Of a stretch of DNA of 64,000 nt, positions 26,205 to 38,900 are shown one piece after another. Origin of the DNA: Eledone cirrhosa (lineage: Eukaryota); NCBI GenBank assembly GCA_964016885.1, contig CAXHJY010001600.1, forward strand, positions 100,189 to 164,188, given 5' to 3'. Numbering within the stretch: the stretch's first letter is position 1; every line of letters begins with the position of its first letter. The position numbers were made by a program, and so were the translations under genes. The notes under the pieces are model-generated. The model was not told the DNA's origin and ran no database searches. It worked only from the letters and a program-made list of their open reading frames with translations.

Positions 26205-27669
26205 GATTGTCATTATCATCATTTAATGGTAGTTTTCCCTGCTAACAAGAGTTAGATATATCACAGACAAAGTCAGTGCTAATGAACATTTGTTGTTGTG
26301 CCCTTCACACGCCTGAGGAATCCTCTCATGCCTTTTTTTTTTGGCATAGCTGGAAGTGCTTCCTGTCCCCAACCACATTACAGGACACACTCGAAATGCC
26401 AGCTCTAGAGGGGTTGCTGTGTCATGACTGAAGGGTCCTCTTAAGCCCTTATAATATGATTTCTATGCCTGGATGCATTTTATCACACCATCAGCACAAG
26501 AGAGGCTGTTATTCACTGCTGCAACTGAAGATCTCTCTCTACTCTATGTCTGGATATGATGGAAGAGGCAGGAAGATGATAAGTATGTTATGGGTAAGTT
26601 ACAATAGATAAAGGGTTGGATGAGAAGTATAATGTCATAAATTTATGACAGATGTACTGGGGCTCAAAAGGATTACATGGGGAGAGGAGGGGTAAGAAAG
26701 TATGTCATGAGTGTGTAACAAGCTTGTAGGAATTTGACAGTGTGGTGAGAAGGAGGGAAGGATTAATCTTGAATAGTGGATGATGCAAATAGATAAATAG
26801 TCAGGACTGGTGAGTTAGAATTTAGAATGAAGTGAGGTGATACTGAATTGAGTGAGAAGAAAGTAGTGGCATGATCTCAGATAGAGTCAAAGTTATTGAT
26901 ATGATGTGAACAGCTACTAAGGAGTTATAACTTGTTTGAGTGATGGTGAGATTTATTACTTGGAAGAGGAGACAAATGGGTCAAGTCACATTTTTGTGCT
27001 GGCAGCACTGCATGTTGCCAATCACCATGGTCCTATGTCATCTCTGACATGAGATTCAGCTTCCTCAGGTGAGTCTTATATATACAAGTTCAAAGTTCAA
27101 AAGACATTCATAAATTCATGGATATCATCATCATCATCCTCGTTTATCTTCCATGCTAACATGAAATAGATAAGTATATAGATAGAAAGACGGATAGATA
27201 GATATCAAAATTCATAACTTAGCAAGGCTATTGCTTCACAGCAAACGATACAACCTCGTCTCCCAGTCATCAACTAGCCTTACATTTAAAACTATTTGTT
27301 TACAATCACCTCCTTTGTGGTATTGCTATATCGTTTTGCTGGGGTTTGTTCATATTAGCTAGAAACATTATCAAGCTATACGAGTAAACAACATTTTCCG
27401 CCATTTAATAATTGTGAGATAATGTATGGATTTATTAAAATATCACTAATACAATATTTGTAAATTAAGTAATGAAATATTTAAATATATAATGAAAAAT
27501 GATAACTGGAAATGTATTTGTATTTCTAGTTGGAATGATTATGATAAAATTAATTTATGATTGATTTCATAAAAATTATATTCATTAGAATATCTTTTAA
27601 AGAACCCAATAAATTTGCAAGCAAACTAATTAATAATCACTTAAAAAAGATGAAATGAATTTTACAAAC

Positions 27670-27861
27670 CTTATAATTGCTTCGAATAAACATTGGAATA
27701 GGTATGTCTTTCCGCATCGAACTTGGAAGATCCCTCATAATCTGAAGATGAGAAGCTGGTTCTCTAGCTTCTGCGTACATCAGAGATGTACAGAACACCA
27801 ACAGAACTATTGGCCAATTCTTGCAACACATTCTCGGGATTGGCAACATAGAACTTTTCAT
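27670..27861 (-). CDS. First coding exon of an uncharacterised type-I membrane protein (signal peptide exon, 64 codons)
   Basis: Pyrimidine tract and acceptor tttcctttcag|ATG. Open frame MKSSMLPIPRMCCKNWPIVLLVFCTSLMYAEA-REPASH...SNYK has a hydrophobic core and an A-x-A cleavage-like site. Phase-0 donor AAG|gtttgt. Confidence 0.7.
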
Positions 27862-28397
27862 CTGAAAGGAAAAATATTTTATGTGTAGTAATGTATGTAG
27901 AACAAATGTCATAAGAAAAATAGCATTACAATTTCAGATTTACTGAAAAAAATCAAATCAAATGTATGAGTGTGTGTGCGCGCACATGCATACATAGAGG
28001 GGTTATGATAGAACTCAACAAGTATAACGTATTTTAAAAAGACCTTCAAATATATTTATTAGTATGTTTGAAGCAGTTTAAGAACTTCATAAAGACTATT
28101 ATGTGTATATATATATATATAATAGACTACTATACATATTCAAATGATTTTCTCAACTTGTAAAGAGAACAGAATTTCAATATTAAACATAGGATAGTGT
28201 TTAGAAATCAATGAAATGTTAAGTTTATTGAAATATGATAGAACAGTAAGAGTGAAAATATTCCAAATAGAATCTATGTTGGAATGGTTCTTGTTAATGT
28301 TTTTAACAAATAGCTTTCTCTTTTCATATATGTCAAACAGGTCAATTTATTAACATTTAGTATTTTCTCACATAAGCATAACTACAGAATATATAAT

Positions 28398-28580
28398 TGT
28401 TTCTACATTAGGCACAAGGCCAGCAATTACCCAGTGTATTACTGGTACTTTATTTTATCGACCCCGTAAGGATGAAAGGCAAAGTTAACCTCGGCGGGAT
28501 TTGAACTCAGAATGGCAAGAGCCGTAACTCTATGCGTCAAAGCATGGCGTCCGACACTCTACCAATACTGCCAATCCACC
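28398..28580 (-). mobile_element. tRNA-derived SINE, young copy
   Basis: 18-bp TSD aactacagaatatataat (28380-28397 / 28581-28598); near-consensus body. Confidence 0.92.
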
Positions 28581-29431
28581 AACTACAGAATATATAATGA
28601 ATATGAAAACAAGTTTGAATTAATTTTGATTAAATTTTTAGATATAAGATGCCAATATTTAACATAATGGGTGCAATTACAATCCACAAATATTTACTGT
28701 ACAAAGTAAACAAATAAAAAAATTAATGACACTATATTCATTTCATATCAAGATAACTTGTTCCATTTAACAACAAACCAACAGTTTGACAAAGATATAA
28801 TTCATCTAGATAATTGTCAAGTATTTAATGTAATGTTACATCCTGAAAACTTTTATGGAGGACTGTCTTAAAGAACATAATTATAAAATAGCAGCAGAAG
28901 AACTGCCCTTCAGGTGGTTTTCTGCTACCATATATGGTGTGTATATTGATATACGCAACTATATATGTACATAGATATAATACGTAAATTGACAATATGC
29001 ACATAAACTGAACAAAGACTGTGTTACTTCTGTGTACTTCTGTAATCAGTAAAGTAATCGATGATACATTTTTAAAAAAGGCGATAATGGAGATGGAAAA
29101 GCGATGAAACTGTTGACGGAAAATGATACAACCTCCTCTCCTTCTTTCCCAGTCATCAACTAGCCTTACATTTAAAACTATTTGTTTGCAATCACCTCGT
29201 TTGTGGTATTCCTATATCGTTTTGCTGGGGTTTGTTTCACTTGAGAATGCCGATGGCAAGCTTCAAGCAGTGAATTTGAAGATAGATGCTGCTGTATGAA
29301 GGAATGAATTACATTTACCAATACGAAGAGCTGACCTTCGCTATATTGTTGTTTTACTGTATTCACATATAGACTTCTTAAGTTTTTGTAGTGCCCCTTT
29401 TCTAGCAGTTAAAAAGTAACTGAAATGCATT

Positions 29432-32400
29432 TCAACTAAAAGAGAGTGATAGCTGTTTCACATCACTGTAGAATTTCTTTGTAGACACAGTTGTCAGCAA
29501 ACAGACCCTTTCATTTAATATTTTTATATTTTCTTTTTTTGTAACTCGTGATAATGCAACATACATCTGACCATGTGAGAAGAATTGTGTTGGTAGATAT
29601 ACACCTATCTTTTCAAATGTAAGGGCAAAGGTTGGTTTGACAGGAAATTGCTTGCGAGTAAAGGTGAAGGGGAACTCAAGCTCTTGAGATACATGTGGTA
29701 TCCTTGGGATTAGCAACCTTGTTCCAACATTGGGACCCAATGCCACTTCAGCTTCAATTACATGATTATGTAAACTGATGATGATGTAGCATGTACCATT
29801 GCAATGCCCGTTTAGAGGATCCAGATTTCTCAGAAGCATGATGCAACTGCCTTTCTTCAGTTTAAGTATGTGTGTTGGGAAGCCTGATGTGGTAAGTTTG
29901 TTGATGAACTCAATTGGATATTGCAGTTCATTATCTACTGTATCAGAGCTTCTGTAGATTATTTCATGACCAGGGAACTTGTTGACCATGAACTCATTCA
30001 CCAATCTTGCTGCATCATTTGTTGGAGTGATAATGGCTTTATTTGCAAGCCATAGTGGTTTTGTGTAGTTTCCTGGAAGATTTGTATACACAAAATCACA
30101 CAGTCCAGACACATTACCATATTCCAGACAAAGTTCATTTGGCAGAAGAATTGTGAATGCACCTACAGTTGGAACAGTTGGAATGTTACCATTTCCCACA
30201 TCAAGAAGGTAGTTTGCAAACTGTCTTTCATCAGAATCCTCTGCATTAATCAACCGTTGATTGGTTGTCATCTCCATGGTTTCCACATAGTCCCAGAGAT
30301 AGGATCTCTTCATGGTTGCCTCAACTATTTGTGGTCTAGCACCATGACGTACAACTGGAAGAATTTGATTCCAGTCACCAGATAGTAATACTGTTAGACC
30401 ACCAAATGGCTTTTTGCAATCTTGAACATCTTTGAAGCTCCTGTCAAGGCATTCAAAGATATGCTTATGTCCCATACCTATCTCATCAATGATTAGCAGG
30501 TCAACTTGCTGCATAAGTTCACCTGTGTCATCCCTCTTTGTGAAGAAGCAAGTTGATTCAGCAGTCACATTGAGAGGAATCTTGCACTTGGAATGAAGAG
30601 TTCTACCTTAGTGAAGCAAAGTGGCTGCTCTTCCAAATATGGCAGTGGCAAGGGCAATTGTTTTTTTTTTTAGATCGGAGGTAATCCAATAGGATGTTTA
30701 TGACATAGGTCTTTCCTGTACCTGCACTTGCATTCAAGCAGAAAATTCTGCCTTAATTTTCATTTACAGAGGTGATTACTTTGTGAAAAATAACCAGTTG
30801 CTCAAGATTCAATGTTGGCAGAAGTTCATTTATGTTTGATTGCAGTTGGTGTGTATTGAAATCAGTTTCTGCCAAAAGAACCCTGTTGAATTCTGGTATG
30901 GCAACAATAGTTGGGTCTGGCCGAGGAAGTCCATAGTTGGCATAAATGTCCAAGCCATCATGTAGAAATCTTTGTTGGATCTTCTGTAGAACAATCTGCT
31001 CGGTTTGCATGGACATGACTTGCTCATGACGTTTATGCATGATATCCTCTGCAAGACAATTCTTCCATTTCTCCCAGAACTGCAGAGGGTCATTTGGCAT
31101 GCTGTACAATAAAATGGTGCAGAAGATCTCTTGCAGCTGAGGACCAAGCGTAATGGATGAGGCCTCTTCCATAGCTTTGTCTTTTTCTCCATCTTCATCT
31201 AACAGACCAAGTATCCTGCATGCTTCTTGGAATGTTGGAAATTCAACTCCTTCAATTGTCCTCAAATCTTTGTATGAAGTTGCCCTAGCCTTGTGATGTA
31301 GGATCATCCTGAGGTAATATAATTCAGATTGATGTCTACTGGGAGATACTGTTGGAATGCGTCCAAGAGATTCACTCATAAATTGTTGATCACCCTCCAG
31401 ATGTCCTTTTTTTCTTCTTTGCTACTTTTTGTTTGTCCAAGTGAAATATTTAGGAATATCAATATACAATATGTTTTGTGCCAGTGGGTCTCTAATATTC
31501 AGTTGAAAATATTCTGTCAACTTAGTCATTGGCTGTCCCCTAGAAACAATACTTTCTTCCTGCCCTCACTCATACACAACCATTTGTTCCCCAGGTAAAT
31601 GGCAAGGCAACTTTTCAACTGCCAGTTTTCAATGATGTAATGGAAATTTATTGATTCTCCAGAATGCTTCACTGGCTGAGATGTACCGTGCATTGATATA
31701 GGTCTCAATCTCATTTTGGGCATGGACACAATTTCTGTGATCATCCTTAATAGTGAAAGTGATCTTGTCTAATCCTTTTGTGATGTACTTATATAAGTAC
31801 TTAACAGCCTTGACACTGGACAACCTCACAATTGATTTAGCACTGCTATCTCAATGAGAGGAAAGGGTTGTATGGAACAATCCAACGATTATCAACAGTA
31901 AATTCTTGACCTTTAAGTTGGATTGTATGGGTGTGACCACCATGCTGTCTATCCCTTCTATACTCCGGAAAGGAATTTTCGGCAACAAATGTGGTTTGTC
32001 TGAATGCCTTGGGATAATTTTTGAGCAATGCCGTTGTTGTCCAAGCCCTTCCATACATGAGCACATCATATTAGCTTGTCCACATGGGCCATGAATGTTG
32101 CAGGATGTGATGATCTTATGCAGAATTGGATTGGTCTCTTTATCAGAAATCTCACAGTACACTACCTGATTAATGGCATCAGCAGTTTTGGGCTTGCTAT
32201 CTTCAGCCATAATCAGCAGAATATGAGCATGAGTGAGGCCTCGTTTTCTGCCACTCTATTGTAGCAGAATGAGCCACAACTTTTCCTAGGACATTTTTTT
32301 TCAGTATGTCAACCATGAGGCTGTCATACTTGATCTTGAAGACTCTTGCACAAATATCAGGACGGTCTCTAGGTTCTTCACCAGGGTGAAAACTATTTTT

Positions 32401-32630
32401 TATTCCCAGTTAGGGTTAGTTGTTACCGCGATGAAATAAGATGGCTTTCCCATGTGTCGGACCACAGTCATCGAATTCTGAAAGCACTCACTGTAGAAGC
32501 GAAGGGAACCATAGATTGAAGGAGGAAGAACAATTCTCCGGCCTGCACTTGTTTCAGACGTTAGACTGTGCCCATGCTGGGGTACTACGATTAAAGGATT
32601 TTCTTGACCTCGATTCCAGTACATATATTT
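29432..32630 (-). mobile_element. Helitron RepHel pseudogene (HUH Rep endonuclease plus PIF1-family helicase)
   Basis: Rep motifs GRRIVLPPS, TTNPNWE, PDICARVF, RGLTHAHML (HUH), HGPCG, VDNRWIVPYNP and VKYLYKYITKG. Helicase motifs NASAGTGKT (Walker A), IIDEIGM, GDWNQILPVV, LRNLDP..G.CNGT and FSHGQMYVALSRV. Multiple frameshifts; the INKxQGQ motif is deleted. Confidence 0.95.
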
Positions 32631-32829
32631 TAAAATCTAGTACTTATTTTATTGATCTCTTCTCTTCGAAACGTGTGAGTGTGTGTCTATGTGTTCATAT
32701 GTATGATGGTACCCTATCGCTTGCGACGAGGATTCTTCCAGCTAGATTTCTCAAATAGAACTGTCTGAAATTAAGGTGAGAGTGTCTGAGCCTTCCATAG
32801 ACACATATAACAGAGGGTTTCAGGGTGGG

Positions 32830-32967
32830 ACTACATTGGTTTCCTCGACTTACTGGCAGAGTACACTTTTTTTTACTTCAGTGGAGTGAAGAAAGGTGAA
32901 ATAAAGTATCTTGCTCAAGAACACAATGCACTGATGGGATTCAAACTCTCAACATTACAATCACGAG
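32830..32967 (-). mobile_element. CORE-type SINE fragment
   Basis: The reverse complement reads cattgtgttcttgagcaagatactttatttcac, the same family as 38570-38900. Confidence 0.6.
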
Positions 32968-33471
32968 ACACACACACGGACATAAACGCACACACATATG
33001 CACACATACACAGATACAGTAACACACATAAGCAAACAGACACACACACATATACATATATATATATATACATAAACATTTATGCACACACACATATACA
33101 CACACATACATATATATATATAAAAAGAATATACACCTGTGGATTGAATCATTGGTACTGTAGTAAATTATCCTTTCCTTATTTCCACATCTTCACATAC
33201 ATACACACAGCCACATATACAGATAACCACACTATCGTCTATCTTCTATCTACCTACCTATATATCTACGTATTGATCTATCGACCTATCTATCTACCTG
33301 CCAACCTACCTGTCTATCTCTCTCTCTCTCTCTCACACACACACAAATATATCTATTCTAGAGAGTGTGTCCGTTAGATGTATAATTGCATTTCAAAAAT
33401 TACGAAGAATTTGCAAGTTACTTCATCCGGGGAGGATTCATAATAGACGATTTGTGTGCAGTATGTATGTG

Positions 33472-33505
<34 letters not shown>

Positions 33506-33506
<1 letters not shown>

Positions 33507-33721
33507 TCGCGCATGCGCAATACAGACCACCCTTCGCGCATGCACAGTACGGACCGGACTTCGGGCATGTGCAATACGGACCGGCCTTCGCGCATGCGCA
33601 CTTCGGACTAGACTTCACGCAGGTGCACTTCAGACCAGCCGTCGTGCATGCGCAGTACGGACCAGCCTTTGCGCATGCGCACTTCGGACCAGCCTTCACA
33701 CATGCACACTTTGGACCAGCC
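33506..33721. repeat. 8 x 27-bp GC-rich tandem array containing the palindrome GCGCATGCGC
   Basis: Consensus ttcgcgcatgcgca(a/c/g)t(a/t)cggaccagcc; exactly 216 bp; CpG-rich island in AT-rich DNA. Confidence 0.95.
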
Positions 33722-33921
33722 ATCAATTTTAGATTATTTTTACGAAATTATTTGTTTACGAAATTTAGCACATAAATTATGTAATATTCATTTATTATTT
33801 ATTCAAAGTAATCCAACTTATTTTACTAACGGAATTAAAGAAATAAACCATATGCAGTCCCGCAGCCCTTGCTTTATTATAGTTTAGATTTGCCTTTCAA
33901 ATCTGCTGAAATCAATGATTA

Positions 33922-36046
33922 CACTGGTCTGCGTTTCAAAACTTTTTTAAAAAGGTCAAGGGCTTTCCAAATGATTTAGGACCCTTTTTGCATGCTGAAT
34001 TCAAAAATACAGTTTATTTTTCTAGGTCAGGTCTGGTTTCTAAGGTATAGTCTATTTCTTTTCCAGCATATTTTTCTAAAATATCGCAATCCAAGCGTTT
34101 ATGGGCTTTGCTTTTGCAAAACCGGGTCGTGGGTAACCTTTAATAATTATTTGTATTTCTCTTTTCAGGTCTAGAAAAATGGATCAGAAGTGTAAAAACC
34201 ACCCTAATAGGTTCTGTTACATATGCGGACATGTGGTTCTTCCAGACCGTCAAGAAAAAATCACGGATTTTGTGAAGAAGGCATATCACGCTTACTTTGG
34301 AGTCAAACTAGGGGACCAGGATAAGCTATTCGCTCCCCATATCTGCTGCAAAACATGTGTAGAGAACTTACGGGATTGGAGGAACAAGAAAAGGAAGAGT
34401 ATGCCATTTGGTGTCCCAATGGTGTGGAGGGAAGGGAAAGATCACGTTACCGACTGCTACTTTTGCATGACAAATCTAAAAGGCATCAATCGCAAGAACA
34501 AGCACCATGTTCAATACCCTGATGTTCCTTCTGCCATAAAGCCAGTCCCCCATGGCCCCGATCTTCCTGTTCCTGAGGCAAATGTCACCATGGAATCTAG
34601 TTCTGATTCCGAATCTAGTGACATGATTGATACAGCTAAGTGTGATGAATACAGGTCAGAAGAGGACGACCAACCGGTGCCTTTGACCCAAGCCGAACTC
34701 AATGACCTGACACGAGACCTGAACCTTTCGAAGGAGTCTGCCCAGCTACTGGATTCTTGTCTTCGAGAGAAATGTCTACTGGCGCCAGGATCAACATTCT
34801 ATTGGTATCGGGACCGCGAGAGAGAATTTAGAAAATTCTTCATGTTTGATGAAGCATCTTCACTGGTCTACTTCACTGGTCTATTGCTGACCTGATTGAA
34901 TTACTTGGTCTGAAGTATGATGCTATGGAATGAGACTTTTCATTGACTCATCTAACAGAAGTCTCAAAGCAGTTCTTCTGAATATCGGAAACAAGTTTTC
35001 ATCGATCCCTGTTGGGCACTCAGTTGAAATGAAAGAATCCCACAAAAGCATGGAACGTTTGTTGTCTGCTCTGAACTACCAGAAACATAAATGGTTGATC
35101 TGTGGAGATCTTAAAGTTGTTGGACTCATCCTAGGACTTCAAGGTGGTTACACAAAGTATCCATGCTTTCTGTGCTTATGGGATAGCTGTGCTGATGACC
35201 TTAAAACCTGGATCATACGTTTTGTCCCACCCTCTGGTTGAACCGCAAGATATTGCTTCCAACCCTCGACATCAAACTCGGTCTCATAAAGAACTTTGTA
35301 AAGGCATTGGACAGGGAAGGTGGGGGATTTGCTTTCCTCCATCAGAAGTTTCAACGAAAAAGCATGGAGAAAATTAAGGCAGGTATATTTCATGGTCTTC
35401 AAATAAGGGAACTCATCAAGGATACTAGTTTTGATGATGCACTGAATCCTGCTGAACTCTCTGCCTGGTTGTCCCTTAAGTCAGTCATTGCAAACTTCCT
35501 TGGCAACCACAGAAGTTCCCAGTATCAGAAGGTGGTTGATGAGTTCATGGAGAATTTCCGCCAACTTGGTGCGCACGTGTCAGTGAAAATGCACTTCCTC
35601 CGGTCTCATCTGGACTATTTTCCAGAGAATTGTGGAGACTTCAGTGAAGAACATGGTGAGCGCTTTCACCAAGATATCAGTGTTATGGAGGAATGCTATC
35701 AAGGCCGATGGGATGTCAACTTTCTGGCCGACTACTGCTGGTGCCTAAAGAGGGATGCGCAGTCTGCTCAGCACAAACGGAAGTCCCTGAAGAGACCATT
35801 CATCCATGAGTAGCTTCCTTAGTTCATTATACTCTTCTTGCTATCTATTCAAAATATTTTGTAAGCCTTCTGCGAATAAATCAGTCTAATATTTTCAATA
35901 TTGCGTTTTATTCACCTACAAATAGATTGGAATTTAGGATATTTTTAATGTGCTAATATTTCATTAACCTGATCTGATTGAGTAAAATTAGCATGATTTT
36001 TGGATTCAGTGCAAAAAACTGGCCTTGAAAACATCGCAGATCAGTG
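33922..36046 (+). mobile_element. Chapaev3-type (CMC superfamily) DNA transposon, near full length
   Basis: TTA|cactggtctgcg ... cgcagatcagtg|TTA, i.e. CAC..GTG TIRs with a 3-bp TSD and further subterminal symmetry. Confidence 0.85.
34179..35813 (+). pseudogene. Disrupted Chapaev3 transposase
   Basis: N-terminal CKNHPNRFCYICG...CCKTC...WREGKDHVTDCYFC zinc fingers, then RLFIDSS.RSLKAVLL, CGDLKV, CFLCLWDS, IKLGLIKNFVKAL and SVKMHFLRSHLDYFPENCGDFSEEHGERFHQD. Broken by a 13-bp duplication (~34858-34883), a Trp-to-TGA change at 34930 and a deletion near 35195. Confidence 0.88.
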
Positions 36047-36889
36047 TTATCAAAGTCCAAATATCTTTCAGGCTAGTTGATAATAAAAACATTGAAGTAT
36101 CAAAGGGTTTTTATATTTAAAATAGAGTAACTCTAAATTTAATCCATAGGTTATTAGCTATTCTTACAAGAAAATAGTGGGTTTTTTTAATATCTCAATA
36201 AAAGATTATTAATAAGGTAAATCATTGTTACTGATATTCTAGCATATCATCAAATAATTATCTCTATTTCTTTCATATATTATTCTTCAGCATCTTGAAA
36301 TTTTAAGCTCAATATATAATCCTAAAGACAAAGAACTTTGTCCTGAATATAGAGAAAAGGCTCATCATCATTTCATCATCATCATTTTACGTCCGCTTTT
36401 CCCTGCTTGTTTAAATACAGTTACCAACTGAAAAAATATATTCAAGAGATTTTGGGAAAAGATATCCTTTGGGATATGGTGTGCTTTCAAAAAACAAAAT
36501 AAAAAAATAACATGACAATTATTACTTAATTCTTTTGCATTCATATTGGAGTCCACTGAACAGAGAATTACTAAAGATAATGCATTTAATGTTGTTATGG
36601 CACAAGCTCAATATTAAAGTAAGCTATCATAAATTATTTTATGTTCACATAACATATAGTGTCACTAGGTTTGTTATCGTTGAAGCTGGACAGCTAGAGC
36701 TAAGCTCCCACTTGCCGATAATGTTACTCTATATGATATATGAAGCAAAATCGGGTCAGGTAAGAAATGCTTGCCTAAAAGTCCAGTACACATCTGCTGC
36801 AGAATTCAGATGCTATTGGTGGTGTTGACCTTTGCATTAGCAAGTAGCTTATGACAAGTCTCTGTCTTTGCTGTAATCAATTCTCTTTT

Positions 36890-37230
36890 TGTATGATAGG
36901 GCCAGTATAAATGTCACCAGAGGCAAGACAGCACAGATCAAATCTTCATCATAAGAAGTGTGCTGGAATAATGCTGGAGCTACTAGCAGCAAATCATTAG
37001 CTGCTTCGTGGCCTTTGCAACAGTTTTTGATTCTATTGATTATAGTTGTCTCTGAGATATTATGATCACAGATAGACAGCCTATGAAGCTTCTGAAGCTA
37101 ATTAGATTATTACTGTAGGACAGACTTCAGTCACATTATTACTGTAGGACAAGACTTCACTATCACTGACATTGACTATGTTGATGAACTTTTGATAATT
37201 GGTGACAACTATATTGATCTTCAGCCAGCT
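36890..37230 (+). mobile_element. LINE RT relic (RTE-like)
   Basis: STDQIFIIRSVLE*CWSY*QQIISCFVAFATVFDSID ... ITDIDYVDE are eroded RT motifs (DQIF, CFxDFxxAFDS, DxDYADD). Confidence 0.7.
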
Positions 37231-38569
37231 GATAAACATAAATTACAAATAAAACTAATATCATTATTTCTAATCCAATAATTTACATTCATCAAAGTGA
37301 TTTGTATATAAATAGTGATATATGTGAACCTTTTGTTTAGATTGTGCATAAATATCTAAAATAAGTCTCATATTATTCTCCACCCACTGCTGCCTTTGAA
37401 TTTAACTACTATATTTGATATACAAGATAATGAAAATATTTTCAATAACAATTTAATGGAGATGATGAGGATGATAACTTATCCATTTCTAAGCAATAAT
37501 CATGGTAGGATTCCCTATCAACAATGCAATTTAACAAAACACACACCAATATGACAAAACTAAGAATCCACCTTTTTCAGCACTGGGAGCGCATCAATAC
37601 ATAACACAGCGCCAGAAGTGGCTACTTGCACCTATACACCCTTCTGTGCTCTCTTAAATGAGGAAACTATAGAAGTGGTAGTATTTCCTTGTTCCGCATG
37701 CATATTTTGCCCTGATCAACACAATGAAAGATTCACCATTTGTTTATGAATCCATGAATTATGAGTCCTAATCTGACTAGAAAGAAAAAAAATGGAGCAC
37801 AAAAAGTACTAACACATTAAAGTCTATAGTGATAAATGCTTCTGTAACATGAGTGCCATTCACTAGATGATACCATTAAACTAGCAACAAGCAGAAACAA
37901 AGCAAGATGGCCAGAAACTACAAACATTTCAGTAATGTATGTTGCATTCTATGCTCTACGTAATTTTTAATGCAAAGGACAGTCATTACAGGTCTATTAT
38001 AAGTATATATTATATGATCTCTTGAGCATTGAACTTACTTCAACAGGCTTTTTGTCACCATTTTCACCAGAGATTATCAAGCTGAAAGTGCCCTAATTTT
38101 GTTGGAAGAATTTAAATGTTATTTTTAGAACATCTAAAGTCAGAGTTGCCCTTTTGAATGCTAACTGTGAAGTAAATCACTAGCAAACAACACACAGTGT
38201 TTTACACATATTAACATTGTATGTTAAATGTTATTTTGCTAAGCTCTCCCTTTGCTAATTAATAATAAGTAGTAAGTGTGATATTGGTTTTATAATTATC
38301 ATCTTATTTGCTGGACTTGATAAAATCACACAACATATTACAAAAAAGAACTTTTAACTTAGTAGAGTATGTTCTAATAATGGTTATAAGAAAGTAATAA
38401 AAGATAATTATAGTTCTAAATTATGGTTTGCTCTGCTAATAACTAACAAACTTTAGGCCATTAATAATAAACAGGAAAAGAGGGGAAAAAATCGAATTCT
38501 TGTTTCATTTTACTAATATAAACATAATTTCCAAAACTTTGTTATTTTGCAAATCACTCAGTGAAGATG

Positions 38570-38900
38570 TGTGCCTTAGAAGTTAGAGTGTTAGGCCAAA
38601 GATTTTAAGGTCATGAGTTTGATTCCTAGCAGTATGTTATGTCCTTAAGTAAGACACTTTATTTCACATTGCTCCAGTCCCCTTAACTAGCTAAAATGAA
38701 GTATACCTGTAATTCAAAGGGATAGCCTTGTCATATTACACATAATGCTGAATCTCCTTGTGAACAATGCTGACTGTGCACATATCTGTGGAAAGCTCAG
38801 TCACTACTTGCATATTAATTTTATGAGAAGATTGTTCTGTTGTTGAAGGTAATGGCTCCAACTCATATGGCAACCAAACCTTCTTTACAAAGCCAATACA
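38570..38900 (+). mobile_element. Old tRNA/CORE-type SINE
   Basis: tRNA-like head (gagtttgattcc) followed by the CORE-like gtccttaagtaagacactttatttcacattgctccagtcc. Confidence 0.65.

Noticed and set aside
33367-33775. ORFs with 9-aa repeats (FAHAQYGPA / CACAKAGPY) and a CRISPR-like look
   Set aside because: A by-product of a 27-bp tandem unit that is open in several frames; no splice signals, no unique spacers and no cas genes in a eukaryotic context.
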